A stretch of 64,000 nucleotides of DNA, taken from assembly GCA_050084515.1 (NCBI GenBank), contig CM114271.1:40300001-40364000 (forward strand), written 5' to 3'. The stretch comes from Blasia pusilla. Lineage: Eukaryota. Each line of letters starts with the position of its first letter. Positions within the stretch are counted from its first letter, which is position 1. The translations under genes and the position numbers were made by a program. Of this stretch, positions 24,697 to 38,500 are shown in pieces. The notes under the pieces were generated by a model. That model saw only the letters and a program-made list of their open reading frames with translations. It had not been told where the DNA came from and searched no databases.

Positions 24697-26393
24697 TCAA
24701 GGGCCGCTGTCTCCATCTCCAATAAGATTACAGATTTCGCTGCATTCGATAAGACTGCCAAGAAAACGAAATTTTGTCATGGTAAACACCTCGTGAACGA
24801 GGAGACCTCCGCTTACTATGACGTCCCTAATTAGATGAAGAAAGTCTTCAACGCAAAAAGATGATCGGAATCTTCGGAAGAGAAGCAAAGACGACGATGG
24901 AGGGGTGACTGTTCTAGAGAGAAACTCAGATCTAGTACTCAAGGTCTTTCTTTGCGGACCTTGACAGTCATTCTTTCTTTCATCTATCCATCCGTAGTCC
25001 ATGGATATCAGCAAACTCGAGGACAAGCGATTGGCAGGGGCCGACATGTTTGAAAGAAGATTTCGAAAATTACCAGTATTGCCTACTTCGGAAGCCTTCC
25101 TTGAAGACAACCAAGGGCCTGCAGTTGAAAACACAAGAGGCGTGTGGTCAAAATATCATTATGGTCCTCGTCCAAGCCAAGAGGGCAATAGAAACATTCG
25201 AGTGAGATATGCGATTTTGAAGCTTTATTTGTGACTGGCCTCCGCATACACAACACAGTCTCAGTCTAAAGATTTGGAATGGTAGCGATTTTCTTCAAGC
25301 AACATTTTCGATCTTCTAAAATCCAAAAGTCGTGTCCGCAAGGACCAAAATCTGATATCATCAGTCGCCTGCTTAGAAGAAGTTCTGAACGGCAAGGACA
25401 CACGAGCTGCATGGGTTAAAACTCAATTTGACGTTTGGACGTGTTTTCCTTGGAGAATATTACATGTTGAGGACAAGGAACGCACCTCCTAACATTGAAG
25501 GGGCCTTCACCCGGGGATCCAGCGCCTCCACGAATGCAGGTGCCCAAGCACTTCTGCGTACAACCTTCAGCATTTCTTGATTTTGGCCTCTGGATTTTTC
25601 TCCTCTTATCTCCGCCTGCTCGTCACACTCGAAGAGATTACCTCATTCATTAGAAATGCGTATTTTCAGTCACGTCGTTTACGAGTAGTTCTCAACAACG
25701 TCATGTCGTCTACGACTGCTTTCTGGTCGAGATGGCGCAAGATTCCTCAATACCGCTCTCTGAGCTCTCGCCAAAGATGACTTGCAGTTCACTCAGCTGT
25801 GAGATTAGGATGGATGCAGAGGGAGGAAGAAGGGAAGGCAGTACTATAAGACAATGTGAGAGAGAACCTGAAAGATCTTGGGGAACATTTTCGAAAGTGT
25901 CGTTGGCATTGGGCGGTGCAATATCGGAGTAAAACGCATTGGCCAGAACGAGGACAGTCAGCAATTGAGCCACACCTTTTCGAGCTCCGTGCATTCGCCA
26001 CGAATCGCGTAGGAATTCTCGGACACGGGAGCCCAAGCAACCTAACCACGCTGAAATTGAAGCGGAACCCAGGACCTCATTTGGCTGATTCTCACCTAGT
26101 CGTGACGCTTGCTGGATTGACAACAACAGAGGTATGAAAGCCAAAGGGGGCAGCAACCAACAGTGAGTCCTCAGATGTGGTAGCAGCGAGGTCCATGATT
26201 CTGCCTCAGGAAGCATCAAATTGCATGAAATCTTGGCACGCCCAACATAGCCAAGTTTCGATGCGCGACGGCGCGAGTTCACAGGATTCCATATTGCACA
26301 GGTCAGGGCGGGGAGCGACGAGCACTGAAGACAGTCAGATGTAGGCAAGACACCATAAATCTGAGAGCAAGAAATGAGAGAAAGAGACGCCAT
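24697..26393 (-). CDS. conserved plant protein of unknown function with Cys-rich C-terminus, probably plastid/thylakoid targeted; 4 exons (26393-25868, 25615-25486, 25118-25074, 24754-24697), ~252 aa
   Basis: GT-AG introns join in frame: ...NANDTFENVPQDLSG|GDKRRKIQRPKSRNAEGCTQKCLGTCIRGGAGSPGEGPFNVRR|PLVVFKEGFRSRQYC|LIECSEICNLIGDGDSGP*. The N-terminus is Ser-rich and transit-peptide-like, and a hydrophobic stretch is followed by an ANA-type motif. Exon 1 may hide an extra intron. Confidence 0.85.
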
Positions 26394-27485
26394 GAAATGC
26401 AGATTTTGAGCTAGCTTCAGCGAAGCTCTAGGAGAATTCCAACAAGGAGTGTGAAGTCGGAAACGCTTATGACATCTGCGCAGAAAGGGAACAATATCCC
26501 AATCTCTGAAGACACGGTTCCCCTCTCTTCTTACATCCTCTTCTCTTCAAACGCTCTACTCTTCGCCCCGTCAGGACTCGCTCCAGCTCCCTCAATTCAA
26601 CTACTCGATGTCCACAATTCAGAGTTCCCACGATGATTACAGTCTCGGCATCCCTCCTCTCTCCAATGCCCACAATCTCACCCCAGTCTCACCGTCACAG
26701 CTCGGCACCACTGCGCTGCCAGAAATGCAGCAAAGCTGTCACCAGCTAGAGCATTTCTCACCTCCCAGACAGGCAACCAGAGCTTTCAGATTGTGAGGAA
26801 ACCACCCCTGCACAGATTTGGACCCCACTTCTGCAATCCAAGGCTCCAGCCATCCACCCACAGGTTCGAGAGCCCCGGTTTCTCATGGTGGAAGATCTGT
26901 GAGGGAGTGCTGGAGTGGTGGAGCCGCAAGGTCTCGATGGATTGACGGCAAGACAGCAATCTAGAGCAATGCATAGGTGCTGTGGGTACCTTGTTCTTTC
27001 GGCCCAAACTGGATAAGGTTTTTCTCACTCACGTAGGCGATGGATGGGTACAACTAACTACTTACTTTCATCTTAAACGCTTGTTCCTCCTTCTTTTCTT
27101 TTCTGTCTTCAACAGTTCTAATCTTCTTTTTTTCTTTTCTAATCTTCGAGGGGACACATCTTCATCGGCCTTGGGGCTATGGGGAAGGTTCGACTTTCGT
27201 TTTCATCATCTTCGAGAAATGGGTTGTCCTTAGCTAGTGAAAATCACAGGCCGGGCTCGTGAAAAGTAGTCGCTCTCTTAGTTAATTTAGGTTAGGGGGA
27301 ATGCCCCCTTCTTCCCGTTTTGTTCCTATTGTCCTGGGGTCAGTAGTGGTTTTTTGTTTGAGTCCCCCTTCTTTTTTTTCGATGTTTTAGTCCCCTCTTT
27401 TTAAACTTTCGTTTTTATCGAAGTGCATCTTTCTTGCCTCTCTTTAAATATTTTCTTTTAAGTACTAGTGAAAATCACCCGCGTG

Positions 27486-28010
27486 AAAAGGCGTCTCTTA
27501 GTTAATTTAGGTTAACCGTTTTCTATGTTAATTTAAATACGTGTTATAACGGGAAGAGAAAAAATCTTTAAATTCTTTCTTCTTTTAATTATATAAAATT
27601 TATAAAAATATTTACATTCAAGAGAAATTTAAATATTTTTAAAAATATTTTCTCTTTTTAGGAAATTTTCTTAAAATGATGTCTCATCCCTAAATTTTGT
27701 TTTCAAACTTCAAATTTTTTTTATTTCAAATATTATTTCTCAGCCATGTTTGTAAATTTCTCTTGAATGTAAATATTTTTTAAAATTTATATGATTAAAA
27801 GAAGAAGGAATTTAAAGATTCCGACACTTCTATAATTTTCTCTTCCCGGGATAACACGTGTTTAAAATAATAATAATAAAATTTAACCTAAATTAACTAA
27901 GAGACGACTTTTCCCTTTTTAGGAAATTTTCAGAAAATGATATCTCATCCCTAAATTTTGTTTTCAAACTTCAAATTTTTTTCATTTCAAATATTATTTC
28001 TCAACCTTGT
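27486..28010. repeat. AT-rich foldback: ~150-bp inverted arms plus ~100-bp direct repeat
   Basis: Arms 27486-27631 and 27753-27912 are inverted (e.g. GTCTCTTAGTTAATTTAGGTTAA / TTAACCTAAATTAACTAAGAGAC). The spacer ~27647-27750 recurs directly at ~27909-28010. Confidence 0.8.
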
Positions 28011-28240
28011 TCGTGAAGGTCACATAGAATCCAACTGTAAGGTTTCAAAAATATTTCGATTTTTTACATGCCATATTTTGTTCTCACAATTTCAGTCTTT
28101 TTGTGAGGAGGGAGGACTACTTAAAATATGATAATAATAATCCGCTCTCCATAGGGAATTTGTATGTAATGGGTACTAGTAAGGTGCCTGTGCGATAAAA
28201 TTTATTCCATGGAAAAAAATATTTATTATGAATTCTTATA

Positions 28241-31200
28241 TTATCTTAGAACTTCTTCGTAAACTACATTGCGGGTACAATAGAACTTTTTGCTTGAATG
28301 TGCTTCACTTCCAAGTGCAACATGGATTGATTTTCTATGTCCTACTCTAGACAATGCTACGTATAATTAGTCATGAGAAAAACAGGAGTAGGCAAGTAAA
28401 TTCCAACTTTGTGTAGGGTTTGACTTTGTGACTTATTTATGATCATGGCAAAATCGGGACGTAGAATCTAGAATTTAAGTCTACCTAGATCAAAAGATAA
28501 ACAGGAGTCAGACGCGATCAATGGGTAGTCCGGAAGGTAAGCAGGTATTCAAGATATGTGTCGGATAGATATGACTCATCCCCTCATTCGGAACGGAGTC
28601 AACACTTAGGTAAGTACACTCTTGTACATACATACATACATACATACATACATACGATATTGTAATGAAGATAGTCATTAAAATGAATCACAAAACATAT
28701 TTACCGGAATAGTATTGTATCTTTACCTTTCCGTGGAATCGAGACATGTCTTTGCATTTATCTCATCAACATCTCTATTTCTTGGTGCCAAAATAGTCGT
28801 ATCTCTCAAAAAATTGATGTCATGAAATAATTGAGGATCGTTTCCATATATAGTATCAATAAGAGCACTTGTCTTGTTACTATGGCAGACCATATCATGT
28901 GGCAATTGAATAAAATCATCTCCCAAGTCACTTCGCAAAGGTACATCACCCTCTCCCACCTCCAATAACCAATCAGCAAAAGCTTGTTGGTGAGCACGTT
29001 CATGACTTTCCAACCTTTAAACTCTCATATTTGTACTTAACTTCATGACAATCACATGAGGCCATAAAATTGATCTCTTTAAAGCGGCTTAGACAATTTT
29101 TGGGTAATCTCCATGATGTACAACACGTAGGATTTGGCAAAAATCGACACCAAAAATTATGAGTTTGCCGCCAAATGGTATATGCCTCAAGTCATTAGAG
29201 ACAACTCCCATAATATCTTGTAAGGTAAGATTCACTGCCTCAAATGCATGACGATGAGTCATGCATGCCTCGTCCCATATAATAAGCATGGCACGTCGGA
29301 TTAAGCGTGCACCATCACTATTAACTGGCAATCTTCATATGAAACGATGAAATAAATTAGCGCTTCTCTCTAAAGAAAGAAAGTTCTCGTAAATAAAAGA
29401 AGAATTTTTAGTACAAAGCACTTACTTGCAAGTAGAGAACTCATCAAGAGTTAGAGGAATCTTGAAGCGCAAATGTGCAGTGGGTCCTCCATCTAATAAA
29501 AAGGCAGCTATCCCAGATGATGCGACAACTAGAGCTATACCTCCACTTCTTCTAATGCTTGCAAGAAGAAGTTTGTATAGGAACGTCTTTCCTGCTCCTC
29601 TTGGACCATCAATGAAAAAGATTTTGGTAGATGGTGGAGCATCCGTAGAGATATCGTGAAGTTGAATATGTATAGCATCCCAAATAGCACGTTGCCCTTC
29701 GTTCAAACTTGATTCTCCTAATTCCACAAGCTCGAGTAGTTATTCTTTATCATAGTTATTTCTTCTTCCTCTAGATATGATTGTGATTGAGTTGTTCGGA
29801 AGTTAGCATAGGGCATGTCTAGGAAATCAGACAATGACTTTCCTTGATCTTGCACATAATAATGCACTTCCAATAAAGCGTGATTAATGATATAAGCATT
29901 AGGGGAAAATCAGGAATTCCAGTTTTCTGCAATGGAATGTGCACAACCTGTAATAAGTCCAAGGCAATATCAACATTTAGACCTTAAAATTACAGAAGAA
30001 TATAATTACCTCACATCGTTTATATATAAGATCTTCAATGCGTTGAACGAAAAATTAGCTCCAAAGTATTGCGGGTCGAGCACGTGTGTTATAAGCCAAA
30101 ATGAGTCAACAAAGTGAGGAGCTTGTATGGATCTGTGTAGCTTCTTTTAAGCAAAAGAATGATTCCCTATCATCCTTAGGAAGTCCCAATTGAATGGCAG
30201 CCTCCTTAAATGTTGGGTACAACACTCCATCCACTGTTCTCAAAAATTCGTATGTAGTTGCCCCTCGAACATGATGAAGAAGCACTCTCAACCAATGGCG
30301 TTCTCCTTCACCTACATGGAAGTCCAAGATAGGCCCACATATAATTCCGCTATTGAATATGTGGGTAGTATTATTTGACATCTTAAGTAAGGTAGGAAAT
30401 AGCATGTGAAAGTAAGATGAGGTTGTAAGAACTCCTTACCTGGATGGGTAAGGTATAAGCAACCAATAGGAAGACCGCAATAGTTCTTTTTGTTGTATCC
30501 TACGAAACCATCTCTTATTAATCCAATGATAGTAGGAAGGAAATTCAAGATACAAATACTTTCGAGCAGTGGGATCTAGCGAATTTGTTTCAAACCATTG
30601 TGTGAGGGTGGTCTCTCTATTTTTTTGCAGAATATTTTTCGGAGCATCATTATTATAGAAGTAAACTATTTGTGTCTCCGGTAAATGAACAGTCAATCTC
30701 ATAATACTCGGATGTTATCCATGGAGATTGAATTTGAAAAGTCTCCAACACGCCTCTAAAGAAGATATATCTTTGTGTATAGGATGAGAAAATAATAGTT
30801 ACATATATGAAATGTGAAAATTATTAATGAGTAGAAGGACATGGAAAAAGAAAAGAAAAATCTTACCTTGCATCAAGATACAATGATGTCTCATCAATTG
30901 TCTCTATGTTCATAGAATTATTCCTTCTTTGGACACCTTAAATGATACCGCTTGAAATCCCTTATACAGAGATTTATAGAGATATTTAACTACCAAAATT
31001 TTTTTTGAGATCTCCAATTAATGTGACGGTCAAATAATGTACACAGTAGAGGATTGTAGGGCACAACCCATCGATTTTTGAGAGAGTGTTCACGCTTCAT
31101 GACCTTCTTCCCATCATCCGTCTCAGAAAAGGAGATATTGCCAGAAATAAGTAAGTATATAAAATATTTATGTCTTAATCTAGAAAAAATGAAAGCAATA

Positions 31201-34200
31201 GACAAGATATTCCACGCAAAGATACATTTATGTACAAAAGGAAAAATTGAGATCTTGCGTACCTTCGACAGATTGGATAACCATCTTCACTTTCAGTTGT
31301 TGTATTTGTGAAGGACTTTGGATAACCTTTGGTGCAGTGTTTAGTCTCCTTATTCATGCACGGTACATTTGGATTTAATGGTCCACATGGACCATGTATA
31401 TACCATGCAATTACCTACCGTAGAATAAAGCCTCAGATGAGTGTTAGAATTTGGGATTTCAGCTGATATTGTAGCATCCTAATCAGAAGTAGTTCGTGGT
31501 TTATCCTCTTGAGCCAAAATTATCAAAATATGGACATGTGGAAGACCTCTCTTTTGGAATTTCACAACATGATTGCATCTAACAACCCGGCCTAATATAT
31601 GTTTTTTGATGATAAATCGTAATAACTCCCTCTTCTTCTTTTGAAAAACTCTTACAACTAAATCCGGTCGGTCTGCCGTAGTTTGACCAGATAACAATAC
31701 TGTTGTAATCTCCTCCCACTTAGGGTTGTATGTCATGGTCAAAAAGTAATCAGGTTTTCCCAAGTGTCTCACAGTGGCCATTGTGTCTTGATACAGTTGA
31801 TGCATATGTTGTGGACCTCCACTAAAGGAAGAGGGTAATACAATGTGTCTCCCAAATCTTGTGCTATCACCATCATGTCGATGTATGGCATCCTTTACAC
31901 CTTGATATAATTCAGCCCTTAACTCCTTTTGATTCAGACGAATCCAACAGAAATGCTGCATCTTGACAGTGGCACAAACGTCAACCATATGTTCTTGAGT
32001 AAGTCAACCAAATTGAAGTACTCGGTTATCATCTTCAGCTCCAATCCGTGTTTGAAGTCGAAAACATGCGAATTGTTAAGCAGTAACACTTTTTTTTTTT
32101 TTTCCTCAACAATCTCACAATGAACTCCATCCTCATCCGTGGACTCATTCAAGAGTTCCATATTCCCATCAACTTGGAAGTTGCTAATGGGTATTCCAGG
32201 ATGCCAACCTGCTTCACCATACATAAATATCAAAATGAAATGCAATGGAACATATGCCTCATTTAGGTCCGATATACGATGTACATCACCTCCATGTAGT
32301 CGTACAACAATATCACGATGATCAACGACGTCGGTCCCATCACTTGGAAAAATAGCTACAATCTCAGAAGTACTTGGTAAATTATAACGTTTTGCATCGA
32401 GATCCTTCTTACTTGCCTTCAAGATGATCCCCATATTAAGACCGTCTGCTTGATCAAAAGCACGATGAAACATCTTGACACAGGCATTGAATGAATGTAA
32501 CATCTCATGTAGCCCTCTCAAGATCTCGGGTTGAAGATTATGAGACATAACCCTTTCTCAGTTTTCCAATTCATTTTCACTATCATGAATGTATATTTGA
32601 ACAAATTGGGGACAATTTCCTAAATCTAGATGTGGTGATCTAATGGAATGATAGATCCCACCTTGAATCCTGAAATGGCCAATACCACCAACTTGCTCAT
32701 TCGCCTACGCTCCAATAGATGCTAGTTGGAATGCACAATTATAAGCTCGAGCATGAGTAAGAAAGTGAACACTTTGAGGGCCAACACTTGTCATCAATGA
32801 CTCCAAAAATGGAGGAGACTTCTTCAAGAGGGGCAAATGTACTTTCCCATGCTCACAACACATCCCAAAAGGTGAGTTGGGAAACCTTCTACTCTTCACC
32901 TTTTCACAAATCCAATGCAGAGCATGACATGATGGACATACTTATCTCATATAGCCAAGATATGATGATCAGTGATACAATTCAAAATCCTTTGTAGTCG
33001 TAGCTTTCTTACATCACTTTCTTGGAAGTTGGGCATGCGAGCAAGATTTAGCGACTTGTTGAATTTAGCAACTCTATGAACATTAGACGCATGAATGATT
33101 GTAGGTACATTTGGCATAGTATCAGTCTTCCTTGCCACAGGAATGCCACCGTCCATTACTTCATTTGATGGTATAGGCGCTTGAAATATTTCCACATGTA
33201 TTGAAGTAGAAGCATGTGCTCCACTCAAAGGAAGCGTATAATCGTTCCGAATACATATTTCATCCATAATAGGTGAGTTGTAAAGCAACTCAACAACTGG
33301 GAAATATGAGTAGGTACCTCAGGTATACAAAGCGTACAACCATATTGAATGAATTCATCTCCACCAGCTTGAAGTATAAAAGTATGCTCAACAGTAGGCT
33401 TGCAAAAAAACTCCAAAGTTATAATGATGAGAATAATAAGAAATGAATAGGATTATGAAAGATATACCTCATAGTAATTGGGTTGTCCTTTCCTACATTC
33501 CTTGGAATGCCTTCAATAGTGTCTATATTGGTAGTCAAAGTAAGGTCTACTTGACGACTTCGCTTTTTTCTTTCATACTCTTTATGATAGACTTATTAAT
33601 AGAGACAATCTAGTACCATAAGAAAGTACAAAAGGAATTAAATCAAGGAAGCAACTTACGTTGGAGATATTTCTTGAGCTTGTATTTCTCTTTGTTCCAC
33701 CAATTTCTTTGCACGAATAGCCCGTTTCCTTTTTTGTGCCTCCCCACGTAACACCTTTCAAAAATCACGTACATGTGTAGGATTTTATGGAATAGGAAGT
33801 CTAGAACATATATAATCATGCAAAAAAGGTCTCCAAGACTTGATTAAAAACATTCAGTACATGTACATAATAGAGGGTTCGGTGGAATATATAGGAATTC
33901 TAGATCATATACAATCATGAAAAAAAGATGAAAAAACTTCATAAAAAAAATAAGTAAATGTACATAATAGTAGAAAAATTAGGGACATGTATTCCGGAAG
34001 CAACTTATGTTGGAGATGTTTGAATGAACTCTCGATTTTGTCTATCTTGTTGTTGCACCAATTTTTCTACACGAATAAGATGATTTCTCCTTTGCGCCAC
34101 TACACGTAGCACTTTTCTAAAGTCGCAAACATGCGTTGGATTTGATGGCATAGGAAGTGTGTTGAGTGTGAAGCGAACCAAATAATTATTACGTACCATA
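28241..34200 (-). pseudogene. Helitron RepHel, multi-exon, disrupted
   Basis: Motifs VVKFQKRGLPHVHIL, DGPRGAGKT and IIWDEACM, with the same exon layout as the first copy. Many stops, and an internal deletion near 28525 joining LPSGLP to PLIASDS. Confidence 0.93.
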
Positions 34201-34859
34201 ATTTCAATATAAAACACATGCAAAAGTAGTATAGAAAAGGTAAATTTTGTGAATTTAACATACGTCGAAGATGTTGGAGCATGTTGTAATTCAGCTTGTC
34301 TTGGTGTGTGAGGTAGTTTCGTGATATTGCGAATCACCCTATTCTCCACGCACATTGCTATTTCATTAATGTTTTTCATCTACAAAACACACATTTGCAA
34401 TAATAGTAAAGAAACAATTCCGCCGTAAGTATATCTAAATGTTTTCTATGGTATAGAATGAAGTAAGGAAGATTAAAACAAAGGAAGAAATTTGATTAAA
34501 ACAAAGGAAGAAAGAAAGAAATTTTGAAAACTCAAAATGGGGATTGAAAAGAGCAGAGAAATAAGAAAAAAAAATCCCCAAAACCCCATTTTTTGGAGAA
34601 ATTTTGTTTTGGAAAGGAAATTTTTTGGGGTAAGATCCTAGCCGTTGATGTTTCCCCACATCTTTTCATCTTGGCCGCTCTTGATTGGATGAGATCTCCA
34701 CCGTTGGAGTCCATCGATGGCTCGGGAAAAAGCAGTAGGGCTAGGGCTTCGGACAATAGGGTGGTGTTGCGTAGGCGGAAGGGAGAGTCCGGCACACGGG
34801 GGTTCGGGGGCCAGGGCCTTTGTTCAGCCGCGATTAGGGAGCAGAGGCCTTACAAGTCT

Positions 34860-35500
34860 TGTTTGGTGGAAGTAGGTGGCAATGCGAAGCTGCTGCACCT
34901 CCGTTTTTGTCATCCCGTGTTTTGGCTTGTCCGCGCTGATCACATCCGCTCTCGTCGTTGCCACTCTCGTTGCTAGTTCAGTTGCTCCACCGTATCTTGT
35001 TGCCACGATTGTGTTGCTAATTAAGCTCCTGTGCTCCACATTTATGCACCGATCAGTGCCTTTCTTGCATACTCGATCACGGAGGGGGAGTAATTTGGGT
35101 CTCATTTGGTGGGAGTAGGTGGCAATGCAGAGGTGCTCCACCTCCACTTTTCTCTTCCCATGTTTTGGCTTCAACGCTGCTTCCATCCGCTCCAACTTGC
35201 GGCCGCTCTCGTTGCTTACCTAGCTGCTCCACTCTACCTTGCTTTGCCCTCATTGCTGGTGGATCAGCTCCTCCGCTGCACATTGCTGCCTTGATCGTAG
35301 CTTATCTTGCATAAGGCTGTAGGGCATTTTTATTGATGGGAGTGGGTAGCACCCCAGAGCTCCTCCCCTCCACATTTCCCTTCCCCCGTTTTGGCTTGAG
35401 AGGCTTTGCTCCACCTTGCTGCCACGATCGGGTTTACTTCAGCTGCTCCGCTCTACCTTGCTACCGCTCTTGCATTGCTGTTTTAGCTCCTCCGCTCCAC
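34860..35500. repeat. three degenerate ~230-240-bp tandem units in Helitron 5' region
   Basis: GGTGG(A/G)AGTAGGTGGCAATGC...CACCTCC...TTTTGGCTT at ~34865 and ~35108, and a more diverged copy at ~35335. Confidence 0.7.
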
Positions 35501-38500
35501 ATTGCTGCCATTTTTGTCGCTGCTTTGCATACTTGTTGAGCGGCGAATAGGTAGAGAAGGCCTTTCGGGCCTCAATTGGTTCTGTTACAAGTGGCAGTGC
35601 GGATTTTTAAATCTATTTTAGCTCTACCCTATGACCTAAATGCCATGCTCTCGGCTATGACTTTGCTCCTAGCCAGAACGTCATTGCTTCATTTTCCGCT
35701 CTGCTACTGCACCTTCGCTCCCAATCTCTTTGTTAATGAATTCGCTATTGTAGCCCTGCTCTCGGTTCACGTCCTCTCCCTTCACTCGCTACTTTTGCTA
35801 GTCTAACCTATGTAGCTACTTGCTACTTGTCGGCTCAGCTTGACTCGTCTCAACGCGGACATCTACTCATTTTGATGAGAAGGCAAGCTGCTATTGCAGA
35901 CTTGCGCTCTCTTGCTTGCTCCAATGTTACAATGTTGATTTTTGTTCAGAAAATGCAGGGAACCAGGCTAAGCACATTGATTAGATCGACCATCCTTGTA
36001 GACTTTCTCCATTCATGTGAGATCTCTACTTTGGGAATAGCCATAAATAGTGCGACAGTAGAGTGGAGCTTACTCCATTTACTTATTCACTCAAAGTGGG
36101 ATCTCAAATTAACATGTGGATCTTTAGTAAAACCAAGTTTGTTACTAGGTTTTTCTCTTCTTTTTTAATTGCGAAAGTGTTCTCACCAATGTCTGGACGT
36201 TTACATGACTCAGTGAAACCTTCTTTAGGGGATACTATTGGTTTTGTAGTCGTATATCTACTCCTACGATGTTCATACTTGGTAATCCACTAAGAGGTGG
36301 TATGTGTCGTGGTTCACACTCAGGGGACTGTGCATCCTCGACTTTGTATTCTGGTGATGACTCTTCACATAGAGAATCTTGCTTTGCATCTTCGATGCCT
36401 CCCTTCTTATCAAAAGTGCTTAGTCTTTGACCCCACAAAGGACTCGTATTGTCGTCAGATTTTGCTTCTCGCTCAAGAGACTGACCGGTAATTAATTGCC
36501 GTCTTCTTTGGACTTGGAAACTTATACACCTTGGACAAATTTGGATAGCAAGAAAAGCTCTCCTTCTCATATTGTGTTGATTTAGACCATCCAAAGTGAT
36601 GTGTCTGCATCTTTAACTCCAAAGTGCTTTTTGTACGTTGTCTGGTTAGTGGCTTTCTTCCCTTTCCCTTGCGTAGACTTCATTGCTATCATCTTGCAAG
36701 CCATGTTTTACCTTCTCGCCTGTTTGAAATTCTGAACATTTCCAAAAGGGTTCGTTAATAACATGGAGATGTTCGTCTTGCAGGTCTCTCTCTAGAAGAA
36801 AGACGAAGAAGATGGTGAATGACAACAGAAGTTGCAATAAGGAAGCTCAAAGACAATCAGCAAAGAAGTTGGAATGATGTTGGGGTTGCGTACCGCATGT
36901 GCCAATGAGTGTGATTGTTGTACCTCTTTGATCATGTGTAGACCTTCTGAAGTATAGGAAAGTAGAAATCAAGTGCCTATTAGAAAGTGGTATTACTGCC
37001 CATAAATGATTCAGAAAAATTACTATGGATACAGTGTAACAATAGCTCTAGAGATGAAAGGAAAAATTTCACACTATAAAATGTATATGAGAATCTCAGT
37101 GTGAGCAATGTGGATACACTAGGAGTAGCTCTACTTTTGAGAGCAAATATTTGAGAATCTGGAAAATTTTCTAAATGGCATGTTAATGAAAGAAATTTTT
37201 TGAAAGAGGCAATGCTTGAAAGTGGAATTGCTTGAAAGGAAACATACGCACTCACTTTTGGATACTCTACTGATAATACTCGTAGCAGTGATACTCTACT
37301 CAGTTTCCCACATCCTCCTATAAATAGTATAATACTTGAAGCAATGATTCAAACTTAAGTATCACGGTCCAGTTTGACACATGTCACAAAAACCCGGGTT
37401 TGGAGCTAAAACGCATGTCTCCAATAATAGTACATATTTTTCCACCAGTCTGTGTCATTGTGTATTCAGGGTCGCCTATTATTATATAGATATTATTTGT
37501 ATTATTACTGTAATAATAATAAAATATTTGAAATTCTTGTTTTTTAAATGTTCTTATATTATGATGCATGTGTAAAATTTAGAGGAGGAAAAGAAGTGAG
37601 AAATTATCATAAAAATTTACTTCTATTTCCAAAAAATTGAGGAGTGGAATATTTATTATTGGGTTAGAAAAAATAAAATATTTATTAAGAATGGAATCCA
37701 AAAATACTCCTACATGAAATTAGGCTAGGCATTAGAGCCAATGCCCGGTATGTTAAAGCAAGCCAAGTTACCAGACTACGGATAGGTGGGTTGGGTATAG
37801 TGGGGTTGGCGCTTAAATAGGTTTAGTGTCGACTTCACACAATGGTAAAATCTCCAAGTTCCCGTTAAGCGGCCGCGTTGTTGGGGCCACCATGCAAGGG
37901 GTATCTGTACTGGAGATTCCCATGGACAGCAAGGATTACCACGGGCATAAGCAATGCGGTGGGATGGGTCATTCCCACCACCATCATGCTTGAATGTGTA
38001 TCAAATTTCCAATGTGAAGTGATTAAAGGTTGGACCAGAGTGCACCATTCATACTTGCCATTGCCTTCAAATTGCACTCGTCTTGTCATGACACCACTAT
38101 GTTTCCTTGCAATGTCCATTCTAGTTGCTCCTTTATTCTACAAAGATGGTTGCGTTATGGTTGTTGGCCCTAGTTCAAGTCGTTGCACAACTGGATAATC
38201 TACGATTGATCCACTGCTCTATGAAGTGTTTGCCCTCTTTTCACCTTATGTAATTTATTTTGGATATCCGAGGTTTTGTGTGTGCTCCCTTGTATCTCTG
38301 TACCTTCGTGCATGGAAACTCTCTTTCCACCTTTCTCAACCGCCAACTCCCCTCCTATTGGTCCAAAGTGACATTGAAGCAGTTGAGTTGATGGTTTCCT
38401 CCTAGAGTCTGGCTCGCCTTTGTCATTGTAGGTAGAATGTTTTCCACTTGAAGGGTGAGGAAACCATTCCATGGAATTTGAGTGTCATTTGTTTACGAAA

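Larger units (their letters stand above)
28176..37490 (-). mobile_element. Helitron, second related copy (~9.3 kb), more decayed
   Basis: The 3' end ACTAGTAAGGTGCC (plus strand, CTAG at 28176-28179) is identical to that of the first Helitron. The candidate 5' end is TCTATATAATAATAGG at 37490 after an A, and is less certain. RepHel is inside. Confidence 0.75.
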
